Positions 36,149-45,377 of a stretch of DNA of 64,000 bases are shown here, one piece after another. The DNA lies in the IMG/VR virus record IMGVR_UViG_3300018962_000001, positions 1-64,000 of that record; one strand, written 5' to 3'. A model generated the notes under the pieces. That model made no database searches, had not been told where the DNA came from, and saw only the letters and a list, made by a program, of their open reading frames with translations. A program made the translations under genes and the position numbers. Each line of letters starts with the position of its first letter. Position 1 is the stretch's first letter.

Positions 36149-38277
36149 AATTCCTCGCCATAGCGTCCTTCCGGCACCACCGGCGCGGCATGCCACGCTC
36201 CGGCGGACTGAATCGCGGACGGAATCGGATCAGCCACCGTGGGATCGGCAGCGGAGTCATCATAGGTGCCGGTCGGCACCTCGGCTCCGGTTTCCTCATC
36301 CACTTCGGTATCGTCCTCAATGTCGCCAAACTCGACCGGCCCGACCCACTCGGTCGCCTTGCGCCAATCGCCCTTGATGAAAATGAGGACGTTCTGATGA
36401 CTCTTACCCAACTTCCTCGCTTTTTCAAACTGACGCCCCACGCGCACGGCCAGCGATCCGATCGGCGTGACAAAGATGGCCTCATTATACAAGCGTGCCC
36501 CGGCATCTTCAAACGCCTGGATCGTGTGGCTCACAAAGTTGTGGTAGTGGCCGTCTTTATCGCGGACATCGCCAACCACAAAACACGCAAAGCGATCGGG
36601 CCGCAGCCGGGCGACCGCATGCGCGATAATTTCTCGGTAGATCGTGTGAAAATCCGCATAACTCATATTAGAAATATCACGGGGATCGTCCGAATAGACC
36701 TCCAGATCGGCATAGGGCGGACAACTGAAAATCAGATCAGCCTCAAAGTCCGGCCCCACCAGATCCGGCAACGTCCGCGAGTCGCCGCAATGCCAGATCG
36801 GCGTCGGGTCATCCGGGCGCAGGATCGATTCGATCTGGGATCGATTCGCGGCAACCTGCTCCGGGCGTAAATCAATGCCGGTATAGTGACGGCCCAGGTA
36901 GCCTGCGACGATTCCACGCACCGATCCCCCGGCAAAGGGATCAAGAATCTGCCCACCTTCCGCACAGAACCAGCGATACGCCAGCTCGGTCAGCACCGGG
37001 TCGAAGACGGACGTGCCGGTTTGCGACAAGCCCTCACCGGTCTGTTGGTTTATGTAATGGTCCCTTTGGAATTCCTCGGTCGTGAGCGGGCGGCCCAACT
37101 CCCGCTCTTTTTCGCGCTTTTGCTTATAGTAGCTCGGATCACGGCCCGAATCCGAGGTAAACAGCACGCCCGATGTATCGCGGGGAGCCTGTTTGCCGCT
37201 GGTCTTCATCCAGGCAGAATTCGGGCCGCCGCCGCCGCCGGGCGTGATCGCCTTTTCGCGTCGCCGGGCCTCACGATCGGTCCCCTCGCCTTCGGCCATG
37301 CGTGCCGAAAGTCCTCCGCCCCCGGCAGCGAGGCGATTGGACCCAGAAATGCCCTTGCCGTTGCCAATCGTATGTTCGCCCTTCATCAGATCTTGCCCGA
37401 AGGTGCGGCCATAGGACCGGGCCGCCCGTGCGCCTTGGGGCGAGTGCGCGTCCTCCCCGTCGCTGTCCGGCGGCGCATCAGCCTCTGCGCCGTCATGGTC
37501 CAATCGAGCCGCATACGCCTTCCGATCCCGGCGATACAGCTCCGATTCGCCACTGAGATTCTGGAGATTCGGGCCGCGCCCCAGCTCGCTCTGGATACCG
37601 AGTTTTAGCCAGGCTTTCTTGCGATCCGACCAATATCCTTGGCGGGCGTCGAGCACCGAGAAGGGCGGTACGCCAAACCGATCCGCCAGGGTTGCGCGCG
37701 CGGCTTCGGTGCTGGGCGTCGGAGCGGTCGCTGAGGAATCCGATCCAGAGTCATCCTGCGATTCCAGGTGCTCCAGCATATCGATCAAGGCCCGATCTTC
37801 GGCGGCCAGCTGGTCGTACAGCTCGGTATATTGTTCCTCGTCGCGAACCGCCAACGCGGCGATCGGGTCGAACGTCATCAAGGCCAGACGTTCTTCTTCC
37901 TGGCTGAGATGGACATAGATGACATCGATGAGCGGCAACCGGCGGCGCTGCGCGAGACTGACCCGGAGATGGCCGTCCACGATAAAGCCGGTTACCTCAT
38001 TGACGATGATCGGGGCGATAATCCCGATCCGGTTCATAATTTCCGTGAGGGCATCTTGTTGAATGCGAGTATGGATGCGCCAGTTTTCCGGGTGATTCAG
38101 CAGCGTATCCGGCGGTACCTTGACGAGCTTCACGATCTTGCTTTCCCACAGGGCGGCAAAATCGTCCGGGTCCGCCTGTTGGTGGGCCAGAATCTCGTCG
38201 ACGCGCTCCTCGCTGAGATCATGGATCTCAATCACGGGATGATCCGTGTCGTCCGATTCGGGGGCATGCGTGGTCAT
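36145..38277 (-). CDS. ParB/Srx N-terminal domain fused to SAM-dependent amino-methyltransferase-fold domain
   Basis: HPENWRIH..IVDGHLRV (ParB-like); ILDPFAGGSVRG (motif I); FSCPPYADLE (motif IV); RBS aaggag. Confidence 0.88.
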   Translation of the reverse strand: MTTHAPESDDTDHPVIEIHDLSEERVDEILAHQQADPDDFAALWESKIVKLVKVPPDTLLNHPENWRIHTRIQQDALTEIMNRIGIIAPIIVNEVTGFIVDGHLRVSLAQRRRLPLIDVIYVHLSQEEERLALMTFDPIAALAVRDEEQYTELYDQLAAEDRALIDMLEHLESQDDSGSDSSATAPTPSTEAARATLADRFGVPPFSVLDARQGYWSDRKKAWLKLGIQSELGRGPNLQNLSGESELYRRDRKAYAARLDHDGAEADAPPDSDGEDAHSPQGARAARSYGRTFGQDLMKGEHTIGNGKGISGSNRLAAGGGGLSARMAEGEGTDREARRREKAITPGGGGGPNSAWMKTSGKQAPRDTSGVLFTSDSGRDPSYYKQKREKERELGRPLTTEEFQRDHYINQQTGEGLSQTGTSVFDPVLTELAYRWFCAEGGQILDPFAGGSVRGIVAGYLGRHYTGIDLRPEQVAANRSQIESILRPDDPTPIWHCGDSRTLPDLVGPDFEADLIFSCPPYADLEVYSDDPRDISNMSYADFHTIYREIIAHAVARLRPDRFACFVVGDVRDKDGHYHNFVSHTIQAFEDAGARLYNEAIFVTPIGSLAVRVGRQFEKARKLGKSHQNVLIFIKGDWRKATEWVGPVEFGDIEDDTEVDEETGAEVPTGTYDDSAADPTVADPIPSAIQSAGAWHAAPVVPEGRYGEEL

Positions 38278-38287
38278 GGAACACTCC

Positions 38288-38674
38288 TTAGCGATCGAAG
38301 GCAGGCAAGACACCGGGCGTCGTTGGCGAGTCTGGAGGAAAGCGTCGCAGAAGATCGGCCAGCATCCCCTGAGTCGCGGCAAGCTGCGCTCCCAGCTCGG
38401 TCAGCTGGTCCTGCATCGCATCATCACCATCTCGACTTTGGGGAGAATCTTTGAACCGAAACCACCGCGCCAGAACGATAAACGCGCCGACCTGATGATA
38501 TTCGGACGCGAGGTTTTCAAAGGTCGTGGTGAGAAAATCAAGCCACCAGGGGGCAAGGTGCGGTGGGTAGCCCTCCTGCTGCCAATAGGTCAACATCGCA
38601 TGGGTGGCCCAGGTCAGGAGCCACCCACCGAGATACATCCAGCCTAACGAGTACTCATGCCAGAGGCGTTTCAT
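38288..38674 (-). CDS. small membrane protein (DUF6766-like)
   Basis: TTFENLASEYHQVGAFIVLARWFRFKDSPQSRD; two TM segments. Confidence 0.65.
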   Translation of the reverse strand: MKRLWHEYSLGWMYLGGWLLTWATHAMLTYWQQEGYPPHLAPWWLDFLTTTFENLASEYHQVGAFIVLARWFRFKDSPQSRDGDDAMQDQLTELGAQLAATQGMLADLLRRFPPDSPTTPGVLPAFDR

Positions 38675-38918
38675 CAGCGGACTCCTCTCCGAGATCGATC
38701 TGCGCGGGATCGATGATGCCCGCGTGGGTCAGCGCGCTTGCGAGCAGGCTGATCCGGTGTTCGAGGCGTTCGAGGCGCAGGCGTACCTCGGCGACCGTCT
38801 CCGGAAGATGCTCCACGTCGATCGGCGAACCGCGGGGAGCGCGCGTAGGTCCAGGCGCGGCGCGTGTCATCATCGTCCTCCTCAGAATCATCGGCGAAGC
38901 GTACGGCATCGGGTTCAT
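38655..38918 (-). CDS. coiled-coil hypothetical protein
   Basis: overlap-coupled. Confidence 0.5.
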   Translation of the reverse strand: MNPMPYASPMILRRTMMTRAAPGPTRAPRGSPIDVEHLPETVAEVRLRLERLEHRISLLASALTHAGIIDPAQIDLGEESADETPLA

Positions 38919-38983
38919 CGGGGAAATCGGTCGCGCCGGTGGCGCGATGAGAGATCAAGGTCGTCAAGCACCCAACGCGGGGA

Positions 38984-39802
38984 TCAAGGGTCCGGTTCGG
39001 CACGTGGCTCCGGTCCTTTCTGGTCGGCAGAATCATCGGGAACCGGACGCACCGCCAGGCCCGGCGTCGCCCAGGCGCGCACTTCGTCCTCAACCGGCTC
39101 CCCACGGAGCCGAAGAATCCCGGTGAACTTCGCGCCATCCGTGGTGCGCAGCTGGGTAACGGTCAGCTCCAAGCGAATCTCGGCTCCGGCTTTGGTTAAT
39201 CCGACCACCGCGATGGGGCGGCCCAGAATAGCGCTTTCGCCCGTGAGTAGATACCGCCGAACCCCCCGCTCATGGGCTACACGATAGCGCTCCGGCATCA
39301 AGCAGGTTAGCGGCTCGCCGATCATCTCACGTGCGCTATAGCCAAACAAGAGTTCAGCCCCTGGCGACCAGGATCGGACTCGCCCCTCGCGGTCCATACT
39401 GATCACGCCATCCAGGGCCGGATCAACCGCGCCTTGGCGGCGGCGGCGGAGTTCTTGGAACAGGGCGACTCGTTCCAGACGATCCAGCAGGGTCGATGCG
39501 ATCATGGCGATGCCAATCAGGGTAAACCCAAACGCAATGAGGTAGCGCACCTCGATCGGCGACGGCGGCATAAACAAGAGCACTACGCCAATGACCAGGA
39601 CAATCAGGGTCACCGTGAAGCGGAACAGGACATTGCGGAGATTTCCGATCGCAACAATGCGCTTCCCGCCATTCACACGGGCGCGCTCAATCAAGAGGAA
39701 GTCCGTCACAGCGCACCACAACCCCCAAGCATTCAGTGCAACGCCCAGGATCGCAGCCACGATCTGGAGTACCTCCGGCCACGGGATCAGCTCAGGTCTC
39801 AT
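38984..39802 (-). CDS. 3-TM holin-like protein fused to a FixL-like PAS domain
   Basis: three hydrophobic segments then DGVISMDREGRVRSWSPGAELLFGYSAREMIG..LMPERYRVAH..FTGILR; RBS gaggag. Confidence 0.88.
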   Translation of the reverse strand: MRPELIPWPEVLQIVAAILGVALNAWGLWCAVTDFLLIERARVNGGKRIVAIGNLRNVLFRFTVTLIVLVIGVVLLFMPPSPIEVRYLIAFGFTLIGIAMIASTLLDRLERVALFQELRRRRQGAVDPALDGVISMDREGRVRSWSPGAELLFGYSAREMIGEPLTCLMPERYRVAHERGVRRYLLTGESAILGRPIAVVGLTKAGAEIRLELTVTQLRTTDGAKFTGILRLRGEPVEDEVRAWATPGLAVRPVPDDSADQKGPEPRAEPDP

Positions 39803-40001
39803 GATCGGACTCCTCATGGTACCGCGCGTGGAGGGCGACCTGGCGCTCCACTTCCAACGCTTCTAACCGCACGGCTTGTTCTTCTTGCTGCTGGCGAAGA
39901 CGGCGCTGGCTCCGCCAGGCATCGAGGGCTTGGGGATCGGCGTGCCGTGGGGTGATGGGCTGCCCCAAGATCCAGCCTAACAACCGTAGCAACCGTAACA
40001 T
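39792..40001 (-). CDS. small basic coiled-coil protein, copy 2
   Basis: resembles 40777-40989; overlaps the PAS gene start. Confidence 0.6.
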   Translation of the reverse strand: MLRLLRLLGWILGQPITPRHADPQALDAWRSQRRLRQQQEEQAVRLEALEVERQVALHARYHEESDHET

Positions 40002-40062
40002 GGGCGTTTCCCAATACCAGCGAGATTGCCGACTTTGCTTCAGGGCTGGTGGCGAAGCGGGT

Positions 40063-40341
40063 CTAATCTGTGCCACGGCGGCGCTCCTCGTGATTTGGGG
40101 GCGTGCTGTCACGGGGGACCGAGCGGGTGACGCGCTCGGCTAAGCCGAGCGCTTTATCTGCCGCAAGCGTCCCGTTCAAGGCGAGTTCGCGCCACTCGGT
40201 AAGTTGGGTCTGCAATTCGGTATATTGCCACCCAAAGACCCACCATTTTTTATGCCCACCGATGAGGATCAGCAGCGCAATGACCGGCAGGCCGCCCTGA
40301 GAAATAAGATTCCAAATGTCGGCAATGGTCATGTCCCCCAT
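40063..40341 (-). CDS. holin-like small membrane protein
   Basis: single TM GGLPVIALLILIGG then WWVFGWQY and a coiled coil. Confidence 0.7.
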   Translation of the reverse strand: MGDMTIADIWNLISQGGLPVIALLILIGGHKKWWVFGWQYTELQTQLTEWRELALNGTLAADKALGLAERVTRSVPRDSTPPNHEERRRGTD

Positions 40342-40802
40342 GATCCTTCATCTTTCTGGGATGGCCGACCCTGCGGGGGGTTTGCAGTCCCGGCCACGGG
40401 AGTTCGTCCCAGTTCTTCGCGGATCAACGCCCGCCGGTCGCGTCGATCCAATAGGGCATCGACCACAATCCAGATCTCGGCAAGCACCAATAACCAGCGA
40501 CTAATGGATTGAGTCAGCGATGCGTTGGTCCCAATCCGCGGAGGGACAAACATTTGAATCACCCCAATCGTCGCAAGGACGAGCAGAATCACCAGAAAGG
40601 AGCTTGCCTTGCGAAGATTGCTGTGAATGATAATCTTCACTGATCGGGCGATCGGAACCCCAGATTCTTCGGCGTCTGCAAGGGCATAGCGCCGATCACC
40701 CCAATAGTCAATCACTAAAAGCAGATTGATGCCCAGACCGAGCAGGGCGATCAAGGTCCAGAGTACCTCCAGAAAGTCAACGGTGCGGGTAAGTACGAGC
40801 AC
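40329..40802 (-). CDS. 3-TM holin-like protein without PAS (paralogue of 38984-39802 N-terminus)
   Basis: EVLW..LGINL / NLRK..MFVPP / LLDRRDRRAL; RBS aaggag, GTG start. Confidence 0.75.
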   Translation of the reverse strand: MLVLTRTVDFLEVLWTLIALLGLGINLLLVIDYWGDRRYALADAEESGVPIARSVKIIIHSNLRKASSFLVILLVLATIGVIQMFVPPRIGTNASLTQSISRWLLVLAEIWIVVDALLDRRDRRALIREELGRTPVAGTANPPQGRPSQKDEGSWGT

Positions 40803-40989
40803 GGGTCGAATCTCCTTTCCTCCGCGCCTGGAGGCGCGCTTCTTCAGCCAGAGCGGCTAACCGCGCGTCAATCATGCGTTGGCGTTCGCGCGCGCGTGCG
40901 CGCGCAAGATCATCTGGCGTCGGCCCTGAATCGGTGGGCGTAGGTCGGTGGAACAGCTGCCGCAGCCATGTCAGCACTACGTTGCGCAC
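40777..40989 (-). CDS. small basic coiled-coil protein, copy 1
   Basis: WLRQLF..ARLAALAEEARL; GTG start inferred. Confidence 0.55.
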   Translation of the reverse strand: MRNVVLTWLRQLFHRPTPTDSGPTPDDLARARARERQRMIDARLAALAEEARLQARRKGDSTRARTYPHR

Positions 40990-40990
40990 A

Positions 40991-41512
40991 TCACCCTCGA
41001 TCCGGGAGGCCGACGAGCGCACGCGCCTGAGCATAGCCAGCCGATCCTCGATACCATTCTCGATCTGGTGGAAACCCAAAGCCCCAGTTCTGGGTCGCTT
41101 CCTGAACCCCCCGCATGACCTGCACAACATCCATCAACGACTCCCAGGTCACGAGGGACGCCGGATCGGCGTGCACAGGCAGGGTGCGTACCTCGCCAAG
41201 CCAGCGGGTAAAGGTCCGCCGTTGCGGATCGCGATACGATCGCAGCACGGCAGGCGCTCCGACCGGCAGCACGCCGCGCAACATGGTTTGCGCGGCGCGA
41301 CCCGCCTCACGCTCGGCAGCGGTGCCCCGGCGGCTTTCGGGCGTTTGAAGTCCCAGCAACCGAATCTCGATGTCCAGGGCCACTTCAAACCCCGGCCCGC
41401 CCAGAACATACACGGAGTCGCCATCGACGACCTCGGTGATCACCACGCGATAGATGGGCCAGGGCGCGACGGCTTTCAACGCAGCGGGAAACAGATCAAA
41501 CGGTCGAGGCAT
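40991..41512 (-). CDS. thermonuclease (SNase-like) protein
   Basis: VVDGDS, IRLLGLQTPE, TRWLG; RBS aaggagg. Confidence 0.8.
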   Translation of the reverse strand: MPRPFDLFPAALKAVAPWPIYRVVITEVVDGDSVYVLGGPGFEVALDIEIRLLGLQTPESRRGTAAEREAGRAAQTMLRGVLPVGAPAVLRSYRDPQRRTFTRWLGEVRTLPVHADPASLVTWESLMDVVQVMRGVQEATQNWGFGFPPDREWYRGSAGYAQARALVGLPDRG

Positions 41513-41529
41513 GCTATGCCTCCTTTCGG

Positions 41530-42585
41530 CTAAGGAATCTCCTGCGCGGGGGGGAGGGCAGGAACAGTGATCGGCGGACTGGCCGGAGCCTGTTCGAGTC
41601 GATGATGGACCACGGCGCGGCACCAGCGCTGGTAGAACAGGTCAAACAGTTCGCGCGCGTCCGGCGCATACGCCTTGGATCGATCGAGCCAGGTACGGAG
41701 CGTCGCACGGGCCTGCGTGCGGGCGATCTCGACCATCTGGCCGCGGAGCGTGTCGACAATCTGGGCGGCGATCAGATCGGGAGTACGGGCAGCAAGGTCG
41801 GCTAACGCTTGCTCAATCCGCGCACGCAAGTCATCGGGAAACACCGGACTCGTCTGACCGCCGGTATGCGCGCGGTACCGATCGATCCACCACGGGTTCC
41901 CAAACTGCCACAGGGCATCAGGAAACTTCGCCCACAGCACGCCCGCAATATGATCGTCGCTCACCGGCGACACCGCCGGAAGCTGGGCAATGCGAGTCTG
42001 TGCGTCGGCGGCGAGATCCTTGGCATAGTTGGCCCGCTCCACGGCATAGCTGGCCTGCTTCGCGGCGTCCGTTGCCAGCGTTCGGGCAGTGGTGGCAAGC
42101 CCCCGCGCCTCGGCGTCAATCGCCGGGCCAGGCGCGGGGGCTGACCCTCCTCCGCCCCCGATAGCCTCAACAAAGTGCGGCACCGACTCAAAATGACGAG
42201 CCCCAGCGGGATCGGTAAAGGCCATCTGGAGTCCCCAACCAGGCTGGTACGAAAGTTGGCCGCTTTCTTGGCGCGGGGTGACAAACTGTGCCCCCGCAGC
42301 ACTTTGACGCACCACATACCAGCCAAACTGGTTGTTGTCTTTCGGCGCATGGGCCTGGAAGAAAAACCCACTCCAAAAGATCGCGCCATCTGCCGATCGG
42401 TATGCGGCCTGCTGGTGCCCATACGTGGCATAGGAGGATGGTGATCCAATTCCCGCCTGCGCCGGACGCGGACGGTCGCCGTGGATCGCCTGAAGCTCCT
42501 CGGCAAAGCGGAGCATGGCATACTCCGCGGGATCGATCGCGGTAAATCCCGCTGGGGTATCTAACTGGAGGGTTGGAGCACTCAT
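41530..42585 (-). CDS. hypothetical protein in lysis operon
   Basis: ATGA-coupled to endolysin; Gly/Ala/Pro linker. Confidence 0.7.
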   Translation of the reverse strand: MSAPTLQLDTPAGFTAIDPAEYAMLRFAEELQAIHGDRPRPAQAGIGSPSSYATYGHQQAAYRSADGAIFWSGFFFQAHAPKDNNQFGWYVVRQSAAGAQFVTPRQESGQLSYQPGWGLQMAFTDPAGARHFESVPHFVEAIGGGGGSAPAPGPAIDAEARGLATTARTLATDAAKQASYAVERANYAKDLAADAQTRIAQLPAVSPVSDDHIAGVLWAKFPDALWQFGNPWWIDRYRAHTGGQTSPVFPDDLRARIEQALADLAARTPDLIAAQIVDTLRGQMVEIARTQARATLRTWLDRSKAYAPDARELFDLFYQRWCRAVVHHRLEQAPASPPITVPALPPAQEIP

Positions 42586-43745
42586 GATCCACCTTCCGGC
42601 CAGAAAACGCGCGCACCCGTCGCTGCGGTCCAGGCAATAATGCAGTGTGCAAAGACCTGATAGGTGGTCGAATCAATCAGGACTTCCGGGGCGGTTGCCG
42701 GGCCGGGATTGCGTCCGGCATCGACCAGCTCGCGCCACAAGCTCGCAATCCCCCACTCGGCAATATACGGAGCCTCCGTGCCCCACAGGCCGTGATAATC
42801 AGCCATATCATCGCTCCAATCGGTAATCCAGCGGCGCATGGTCAGGGCATCGGCGAATGGATTATTGGCCCCATCGCCGACCGGACTCCAGATGCACCGC
42901 ACGGTCGCAAGTTCATCATTGCCACTTGGGAAGTAGTCAGGTTTCTGCTCCAACCGATCCAGCACATCGTCCAGCGAATCCAGCCAGGAGTGAAAGACCG
43001 GCCAGCCCTCGACGGTGGCACGGACTCGACCGGGATTCATCGGCGTGCGCACATTTCCCCAATTCAGGGTGCGCGTCGCCACTCCCTCGGTGCCAAACGA
43101 CGATTCCTTCCCAATCAACGCCAGGATCGGACCCGGTTTGATTTTGCGCCGGAGAACGCGCGCGTAGCCATCCTGCGCATCCTCTGGCGACAGGATGGGC
43201 CGGAGCGCCCGAACCCACGGACTCAGGGGAATGTCGGGTGGCCCCCGAAGCTCATAGGGCGTCTGAAAACACAGATCGCGGAAGCTTGCCCAAAATGGGA
43301 AGTCGGTCGGATCGGTACGCGGCCCATTCAGCGAGGCAGGGCGACCCGCGGCGATGTCTTGGTGGCGCAGCAATCGCGGAAGCCGCAACGTTTGGCAGTC
43401 TCCCCGAATGACCTGGAGGCAGCGGGCGAGGTGTTCCGGGGACCAGCGTTCCCCCTTGCGATGCCCGATTTCCCAACCGACCCACTGGCTATTCCAGTGA
43501 TTACTCCAGGAATCAGACGCCGCGAGGCGTCCCCACCCCGCATGGTAGGCCACATGGCTCAGGGGGACCATCTCATACACGATGCCCTTGCGGCGCGGGA
43601 TGTACTTATGAATGCTGACGTTGGTGGTCAGGGCGGCGAGATCGCCCGGCTCGTGGCCCTCGGTGGTATGCACAATCCCACCGAGGGTGACCTTGCGCGG
43701 CCCACTGGTCGGTCCCCGTTTCGAGGTATTCACGCGGTAGTTCAT
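42582..43745 (-). CDS. endolysin: Amidase_2 + glucosaminidase/lysozyme-like domain + LGFP-like C-terminus
   Basis: IVHTTEG, SIHKYI, AYHAG, VGWEI (Zn amidase); GKESSFG..NWGNVR..VFHSWLDS. Confidence 0.88.
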   Translation of the reverse strand: MNYRVNTSKRGPTSGPRKVTLGGIVHTTEGHEPGDLAALTTNVSIHKYIPRRKGIVYEMVPLSHVAYHAGWGRLAASDSWSNHWNSQWVGWEIGHRKGERWSPEHLARCLQVIRGDCQTLRLPRLLRHQDIAAGRPASLNGPRTDPTDFPFWASFRDLCFQTPYELRGPPDIPLSPWVRALRPILSPEDAQDGYARVLRRKIKPGPILALIGKESSFGTEGVATRTLNWGNVRTPMNPGRVRATVEGWPVFHSWLDSLDDVLDRLEQKPDYFPSGNDELATVRCIWSPVGDGANNPFADALTMRRWITDWSDDMADYHGLWGTEAPYIAEWGIASLWRELVDAGRNPGPATAPEVLIDSTTYQVFAHCIIAWTAATGARVFWPEGGS

Positions 43746-43748
43746 CGC

Positions 43749-44126
43749 TTAGCCCTCCGGGATCGGATCATCCGACCTGGATTCAGTGGTGGACTCAGGA
43801 GCCGGGCGGCGGCGGCGGCGGTTTTGACGGCCTGCCGCCGCCTGGCTGGTGCTATTGAGTCCCGTCGCCGTGAGCCAGGCGCTGATGCTGGTAATCCCGA
43901 TCTGTGCCCAGGTTTGCCGAGTCCACGGATCGTCCACGGGCAGGGTTGCGGCAGCGAGAATGATCGTGAGCAGGATAGAGAGGCCCAAACCACCAAAAAA
44001 GGCGACCCAGCCCGGTCGTTCGGGCCAGTACATCGTTAACCCATTAATGGTGGCGAAAATAACCGCCGCGATCGACGATGCAAAAAGACCGATCTCGCCA
44101 GCCGTTTGAATTAAAGAACTATCCAT
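43749..44126 (-). CDS. putative holin (3 TM)
   Basis: three hydrophobic helices, basic C-terminal tail; directly upstream of endolysin; RBS ggagga. Confidence 0.75.
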   Translation of the reverse strand: MDSSLIQTAGEIGLFASSIAAVIFATINGLTMYWPERPGWVAFFGGLGLSILLTIILAAATLPVDDPWTRQTWAQIGITSISAWLTATGLNSTSQAAAGRQNRRRRRPAPESTTESRSDDPIPEG

Positions 44127-44290
44127 ACCATTCCTCCGCACGGTTGGCGGGGCATGCGCGAGGTGCGCCGGTGGGGGCTGGGCACAACACCTCTGGGGGG
44201 CGCGGCAGTCACCGCAGGTTGTGTTCTTGCAAGTGTACCACAGCCAAGCAGCATGTTGCACGCCACGAGCGAATTGATGGCGGTGCTGTA

Positions 44291-44319
44291 TTGACATGGG
44301 CAGATCAGCGCGCTATACT
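44291..44319 (+). promoter_or_regulatory. sigma70-like promoter
   Basis: TTGACA-17-TATACT. Confidence 0.8.
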
Positions 44320-44370
44320 ATACAGCAAACTCGGTGTATGCCGACACATGTCTAGTGAGGATGAACCACA

Positions 44371-44766
44371 ATGGCAACAGGCAGTAGCCCGCGGACGACC
44401 CGGACGATCCGGGCACGCGGACGCTTAATTACTTTCCCAGAAAAGCTCAAAGCGCTGGGACCCAATGATCAAGCGCGCGGCCAGGCGCTCGGCTTGTCGC
44501 GGCGCTGTGTCCAGGCATACTCGCAAGGCGAGTTTCCGCACGGGTTAGAACAATTGATGTTATCGCCCGACTTGCTGCGCGCCTTGGCCGATGATGCCGA
44601 CCGTATCCTGCTCGAAAATGCGGAACAGATCGCCGACCAGGCCAATCCAGAGTCGAACGCTGATAGCACGACCAGCGACTCCGCGCAGGACGGCAGCCTC
44701 ACCGAGTCCCCGGAGACCGAGCAGCCCGTGCTCGCGGTCCAGGACTCCCCGGTCGATCCTACGTAG
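44371..44766 (+). CDS. Cro-like HTH protein with acidic tail
   Basis: DQARGQALGLSRRCVQAYSQG. Confidence 0.6.
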   Translation: MATGSSPRTTRTIRARGRLITFPEKLKALGPNDQARGQALGLSRRCVQAYSQGEFPHGLEQLMLSPDLLRALADDADRILLENAEQIADQANPESNADSTTSDSAQDGSLTESPETEQPVLAVQDSPVDPT

Positions 44767-44767
44767 C

Positions 44768-44794
44768 CATCCCCGGTCACCCTGACCGGGGATG
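44768..44794 (+). terminator. 12-bp perfect hairpin
   Basis: catccccggtca-ccc-tgaccggggatg just after stop. Confidence 0.55.
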
Positions 44795-44859
44795 TGATTC
44801 CCCGCCGATCGTCCAGGGCGGTGCGCTCCCACCGCCGGATTCGGAGTCACCCCAACCTC

Positions 44860-44888
44860 TTGACATAGGCACGTTCTTGCGCTATCCT
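44860..44888 (+). promoter_or_regulatory. sigma70-like promoter of replication operon
   Basis: TTGACA-17-TATCCT. Confidence 0.75.
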
Positions 44889-44906
44889 TGAGCCGAAGAA
44901 GGAGGC

Positions 44907-45377
44907 GTGATGACGACACCACCCCTGCCCCACCGCAATCGCACGACGGCGGGCCGCACCAAGATCCCGGATGATGCCGTGCTCGTTCCCGGCGAGCTGG
45001 TGATTTGGGGCAATGGATCGCCGACCAATGCCCTGCCCATGCGCGTTGTTCGCGTGGTCGGTCAGCACCACGATCTCGATCGTGAGATTTTCTGCGATGA
45101 TGATCCCAAGATCTGCTACGACATCTCGGCGCTCTATTACCCGACCGACGAGGAGAAGGACGCATACTATGCGTGGGAGTCCCGTGCGCCGATTCAGATG
45201 ATCCATGCCGCGCTGTGGAAACATGGCATGACTCTATTCCGAGTCCATTCCCACCAAATCCCGACCCATGATTGGTGTAGTATTAACGGCGCGGCCCTTT
45301 TGGGAGTCGAGTGGATTGGAAAGCACGCGCTGGATGTCGATCGCCGCCGCCTGGCGCAAAACGATGCGCTATGGTAA
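44907..45377 (+). CDS. hypothetical protein
   Basis: RBS aaggagg. Confidence 0.65.
   Translation: MMTTPPLPHRNRTTAGRTKIPDDAVLVPGELVIWGNGSPTNALPMRVVRVVGQHHDLDREIFCDDDPKICYDISALYYPTDEEKDAYYAWESRAPIQMIHAALWKHGMTLFRVHSHQIPTHDWCSINGAALLGVEWIGKHALDVDRRRLAQNDALW

Noticed and set aside
36990-37590. Gly-rich, low-complexity insert in the ParB-MTase, considered as an intein or intron
   Set aside because: Frame is open, with no Cys/Ser start, His-Asn end or LAGLIDADG motif; treated as a variable linker.
42645-44039. 464-aa plus-strand ORF
   Set aside because: Antisense to endolysin and holin; no recognisable domain.
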